From: Chara braunii | Lineage: Eukaryota; Plantae; Charophyceae | Reading direction: 5' to 3' | Length of the DNA stretch: 64,000 nucleotides | Assembly: GCA_003427395.1 (NCBI GenBank) | Contig: BFEA01000032.1 | Span: forward strand, 1,983,264 to 2,047,263 | In this document: positions 59,673-64,000 of the stretch, one piece after another | Layout of the letters: each line of letters begins with the position of its first letter | Position numbering within the stretch: position 1 is the stretch's first letter | Position numbers and translations under genes: made by a program | Notes under the pieces: generated by a model | What the model was told of the DNA's origin: nothing | Database searches by the model: none | The model's input: the letters and a program-made list of their open reading frames with translations, nothing else

Positions 59673-60720
59673 TCGTCACACTCGACATTCGTTTCTACAT
59701 ATAGTTTGTCTTCGAACAGCAGCTTGGAGGAGGCGTTGAGCAATCTACAAATTTTCGACACCACAAACATTTCCAGCGACACTTTGAAAAATGCCTCCGC
59801 ATCGTCTTTGCCTCGATCTTCTGCAGACGATGACAGCGATGCCGATAGCAGCAAGACAAAGTTGCTGCGTCGTCGAAAATGAAGAGGGCGGATTGTGCGA
59901 TCTGAAGATGAACAGGGGACAATTTGAAAACGATTTCAGGCGACTGCAGTGTTGTCCCATCTTCATCTAGTATGAACATGATTCTCTATCCTGTTTTTTT
60001 TTTCTTTTCTTTTATTTTTTCTCTTCTTTTTCGGGAAGGTAGTGTTATCCTGTCTTGTGAATAGCACCGAAAGTTTGTAGATCATCCATATTCTGCGTTG
60101 GTGTGCAGGGATGATTAACGGACACCTCAAACAATTTTCACCGCCGTTCTTTTGTGCCATGGTCCTGACTGGCACTGCCATTGTCCTTTTTTTTTTGCTT
60201 TAAAAAGAATATGTACACTACCAGGGCCCTTACCCAGCTTTGGGGGCAAAAATGATCTTCTGTCTATGTTTTTCTGATGATAGTATGCTCATAGTGTTAT
60301 GAAGAGGTCTGTGTACTGGTCCTGCGCTTAGCAAGAGAGGCACCGCTGCTTCCCCTAGGGGCCACCAGGGGATTTCTCAGATCTATTTCCCCATGTTTTC
60401 TAGTACTAGCATATTTGGAGGTCCACGAAGAGGGACTGAAGAGGCATGTCCTTCCCTAAACGACAGTGTTATAATTTTTTATTTTTTTTATCTGTAAGGG
60501 ATGTTGGACCCGGTTTCCAGCAGGTGTCATTCCCCACCAATAGACTGGAATCAGTGCAGACGCTACCAATAGTTTTTTGAATTTCAACAGGGTCATATAT
60601 AAATGTCATCTTCGCTTTTACGTCCCACCACCTGACTGTCAGCTCCGCTCGGATGTTTGTTTAAGGGGTAACTGCAATACAGTCACAAAAAAAAAATTGT
60701 GATTGCAGTATGAGGGAAGA

Positions 60721-60805
60721 TATAGTTTGCAATTGCACTTCGGGCACCCTCCCTGCCCAAATAACTAGGTTGTATACATTGCCCGAAGTGCAATTGCAAA
60801 CTGTA
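60721..60805. repeat. Hairpin with perfect 23-bp arms and 33-nt loop
   Basis: AGTTTGCAATTGCACTTCGGGCA (60724-60746) and TGCCCGAAGTGCAATTGCAAACT (60780-60802). Confidence 0.9.
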
Positions 60806-63529
60806 ATTTGGTTCATAGTGCAATTAGAACTCCTTTTTGTGACTCTCGTGTAATCTGCTCTGTGACTTCCCGCCCTTCCACCTTCACGTCCTCCATTACG
60901 TACATGGACACACCTATTCCGCCAGAGAGATCACATTACTGCCCTCATTCCCATCTCAAACAGAAAATCCCCCCCNNNNNNNNNNNNNNNNNNNNNNNNN
61001 NNNNNNNNNNNNNNNNNNNNNNNNNNNNNNNNNNNNNNNNNNNNNNNNNNNNNNNNNNNNNNNNNNNNNNNNNNNNNNNNNNNNNNNNNNNNNNNNNNNN
61101 NNNNNNNNNNNNNNNNNNNNNNNNNNNNNNNNNNNNNNNNNNNNNNNNNNNNNNNNNNNNNNNNNNNNNNNNNNNNNNNNNNNNNNNNNNNNNNNNNNNN
61201 NNNNNNNNNNNNNNNNNNNNNNNNNNNNNNNNNNNNNNNNNNNNNNNNNNNACAGAATTCACTGACTCTATCAAACAACAGATACAAACAGAAATCACAG
61301 GTCAATGGGAAAGGGTGAAGGACAAAATTCAAAAAATTGAATATTTATCACCCACGACTGAAATTATTGAACACTTCGTACAAACCCTTTTGGTTTTTAA
61401 TAAGCTGATACTCTAAATTTATTACTTGGTAGCTGCATTCTGCAGTTTAGCCACTTGCGCTGTGAAGGAACTACCAAAGCAATGACTAGTGAACAGACGA
61501 TACCACATGCCACATCCCTCTATATTCAAATGACCTCGAAAGAGAACCACAGCGAGGACAAAAAAAAAAAGAAAAAAGATTGGTGAATAAAAACAAGAAC
61601 ATGTGCACGAGGACAAGTGTCCATGTTCCACAGTGTCCGTCCTTGCACACTTAAAGCTTCCATCAATGTAGTCGTGGACATGCGAGAACTCCCCGGACGT
61701 CCACGTCCATGCACTGTGTCCTTCAGCATCCTCCCATGCAAAGTGTTTTCACCAAGTCATCCGCCACAATCATCTCAAAGAAATGCTAGGCCGCCGCTGC
61801 TCGAACTCCAGCATTCAAAAGTCGCCTGTCAAAAAATCTGCAACAAAGCACCAGACCGACGTGGACGAAACGCGTCCGTCAGGTTGTCATGCGCTCGATC
61901 CAGCTTGGTATTCAACTCTTCCAACAAACATGCGCAGTGACAAACAAACTTGGAGAAAGCAATAAATAGCACACCATTCACAACCACTGCTCAGAGACGC
62001 TAGAGTGCACATCAAGAATCGCAGAATCCAAACAAAATATTGAATGTAAGCGAACCTTAGTAATAATGTCTCTCCCCGGTTCATTCACTGACATGAATTT
62101 TCAGAATCCCCGAGCTAGGGCATTCGTATCCACAAACAAATTCGAACACGATTTCATCAACAAATTCGAACAGTAACTTCAACTACAGAGGACGTCATGT
62201 GGGTGGAACAGGGGCTGCTGTTGTGGAAATGTATAACTTAAAAGGGTCTTTACCCGATTCAGGGTCTGAATGACGAATTCAGCATTGAGGCATCCTTCGT
62301 CTAAAACCGAACTCGTGAAAAGCAAATCAAAAGGCATGTTCTCTGAGTCAAAAGTCACATCCTAACTAAGTAAAAGATAAATGTCAAAGGTCACAGTGTG
62401 CCCCTGGACGAGCAGTTGCACCATTCAGATATGGGAGTCACATCTGTTCATCCAGAGGATCCAGAGGATGTGCAAGTCATGTCTGTTCATGCAAGAGATG
62501 TGTCTCTTCGTGCAGAATGTGTGTCTGTTCGAGCAATAGATGTGTCTGTCCAAAGGAAGTTAAAAGGATAAAATCCCAGTCACAAATTAATTCAGAAGGA
62601 GAGTTTAGATACAGGCTCTAAGTCCAAAAATCAGGCCTGAAGGCCACAGCAGCAGCACACCTTGAAGGAAAAGGTACTGGGGCACACTTCACAGAGGTTG
62701 GGACTGGGACAAGACCCAAGACAGGCTGAATTCAGACCTTGCAAGGGGAGGCCAACACTATAAAGGACGAGGCAGCCTCCCCATCAGACAGATTCTTCAG
62801 TGGCATTGATGCGTGGAAGTGCTGTAGCACTTGTGTGCTGGCTGGCTGGAGAAGCTACGCTAAGAAGAAGAAGGCTGGGCGCTAGCTTGCAAGAGGCAGT
62901 CATAGCTGCACCAACATGTTAGTAGTAGTAGAAGGGTTAGTAAGTAGTCTTCAATGAGTAGCATTCAGAGTAGATTCTCGTAGACAGGGAGTGTGCATAC
63001 ATGTTGAGTGAAGGGAACCAAGACAGAGATTTTGAGAGAAGAGCAAGAGAGAAGAGGCAGGTGAAGATGGTGGATATGGAAGATACTTACCTGTTGGCAC
63101 CACACTTGTGATCTGGGGCAGATGCTGGCTGAGCCAGGCCCTTTGTGTATGGCTGAGCCAGACCTTTTGGATATGGTTGAGCTTGAGATACTATTGTTTA
63201 ACGTGATTTGATAATATAAGTTGCGCTATCTGTTTTTTATTCCATTTTGTCTCAACTTGACTTTGTGTGTGTGAGACACTCAATCTATGTGTGTGTTGAT
63301 ACTTGCGCATGCAAAAAGATACACACCAGCAAGTTGTGGTCAGTCAGGACCCTTGCAAACTCACACAAGAACACACACACACACACACACACACGGAGTT
63401 TTAGGACGACCGGTTTGGTGGGCAAGCAGAACATTATTTACCTCGCTGCATGCTCACATTGCTGAGGGTGGAAGTGCACACACACACACACCTTCTCCAT
63501 AGGCATTCTAGTGATTCTAAATGTGCCCG

Positions 63530-64000
63530 CAAGTCGTAATGTCGTGCACGCACACTTCGGCCCGAATTATCGAGGATGTCAGCACCTTCATAATGGTTGT
63601 TGGGTATTCGTTTACGTTGAGGTTGTGGTTGAGTCACGGGGTTCGCCTTGAGAGCGTCCTACTCCTTCGTTTCCGGGTCTTCAGGTTCGATCCCCTCTTC
63701 CTCGTCATCAACCGCCCTAAGATCCACGACCTCCACCTCCACATTTTTCCTCTGTTCATTGGCGTCCTTCAACTCATCATGCACGGCCTCCTTCTCTTTC
63801 TCCACCTCCTCGTCATCCACCTCCTCTCCTTCCCTCTCCTCTTCATTCTCGCAGTCGTCACTGTCGCTGTTGTCATCCACCTCCTCTCCCTCTCTCTCCA
63901 CAAACATTTGTCTATCCTTGTCGACCTTGTCATCGTCCGAGTCCTTCATGTTTTCCTTATCCCTCTCTTCGTCCTTTTTATCCTGTCTATCCTTGTTGTC
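63530..64000 (-). pseudogene. Acidic low-complexity coding fragment running off the window (probably the tail of a TE protein)
   Basis: D/E-rich ORF 63659-63949 continues in frame past one TAG into 63434-63637. No domain visible. Confidence 0.3.

Noticed and set aside
62382-63278. Solo LTR (TGTC...GACA with TATAAA at ~62759)
   Set aside because: No matching TSD, PBS or convincing PPT, and the GACA end is part of a local hairpin. It is LTR-like in texture only.

Overview
This is a repeat-saturated, gapped draft eukaryotic sequence. Its transposon content (DUF659-type hAT; Gypsy elements with a tRNA-Asp PBS) looks plant/streptophyte, and a charophyte such as Chara is my unverified guess. No intact host gene is recognisable. 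Left to right: (1) a full-length but pseudogenised hAT transposon (1864-10786, 11-bp TIRs, 8-bp TSD) inserted into a ~2.3-kb tandem array of a decayed, AT-rich, intronless gene; (2) an ~88-bp satellite, structured-RNA-like segments and a poly(A)-tailed retroposon end; (3) a ~330-bp x ~12 tandem array whose unit contains a tRNA-like cloverleaf; (4) an LTR-retroelement complex (29.3-48.9 kb) with scrambled LSU-rRNA fragments, a Gypsy integrase remnant, and a gag/pol-less element with 1.43-kb LTRs that carries a tightly packed cluster of small paralogous ORFs; (5) stacked MITEs in (TA)n, a dispersed minimal type III hammerhead ribozyme family, palindromes and a RING-finger relic. The best candidate for an undescribed system is in the LTR complex: several arrays of RNA hairpins that keep a constant core or loop while their stems covary, next to small ORFs of unknown function.
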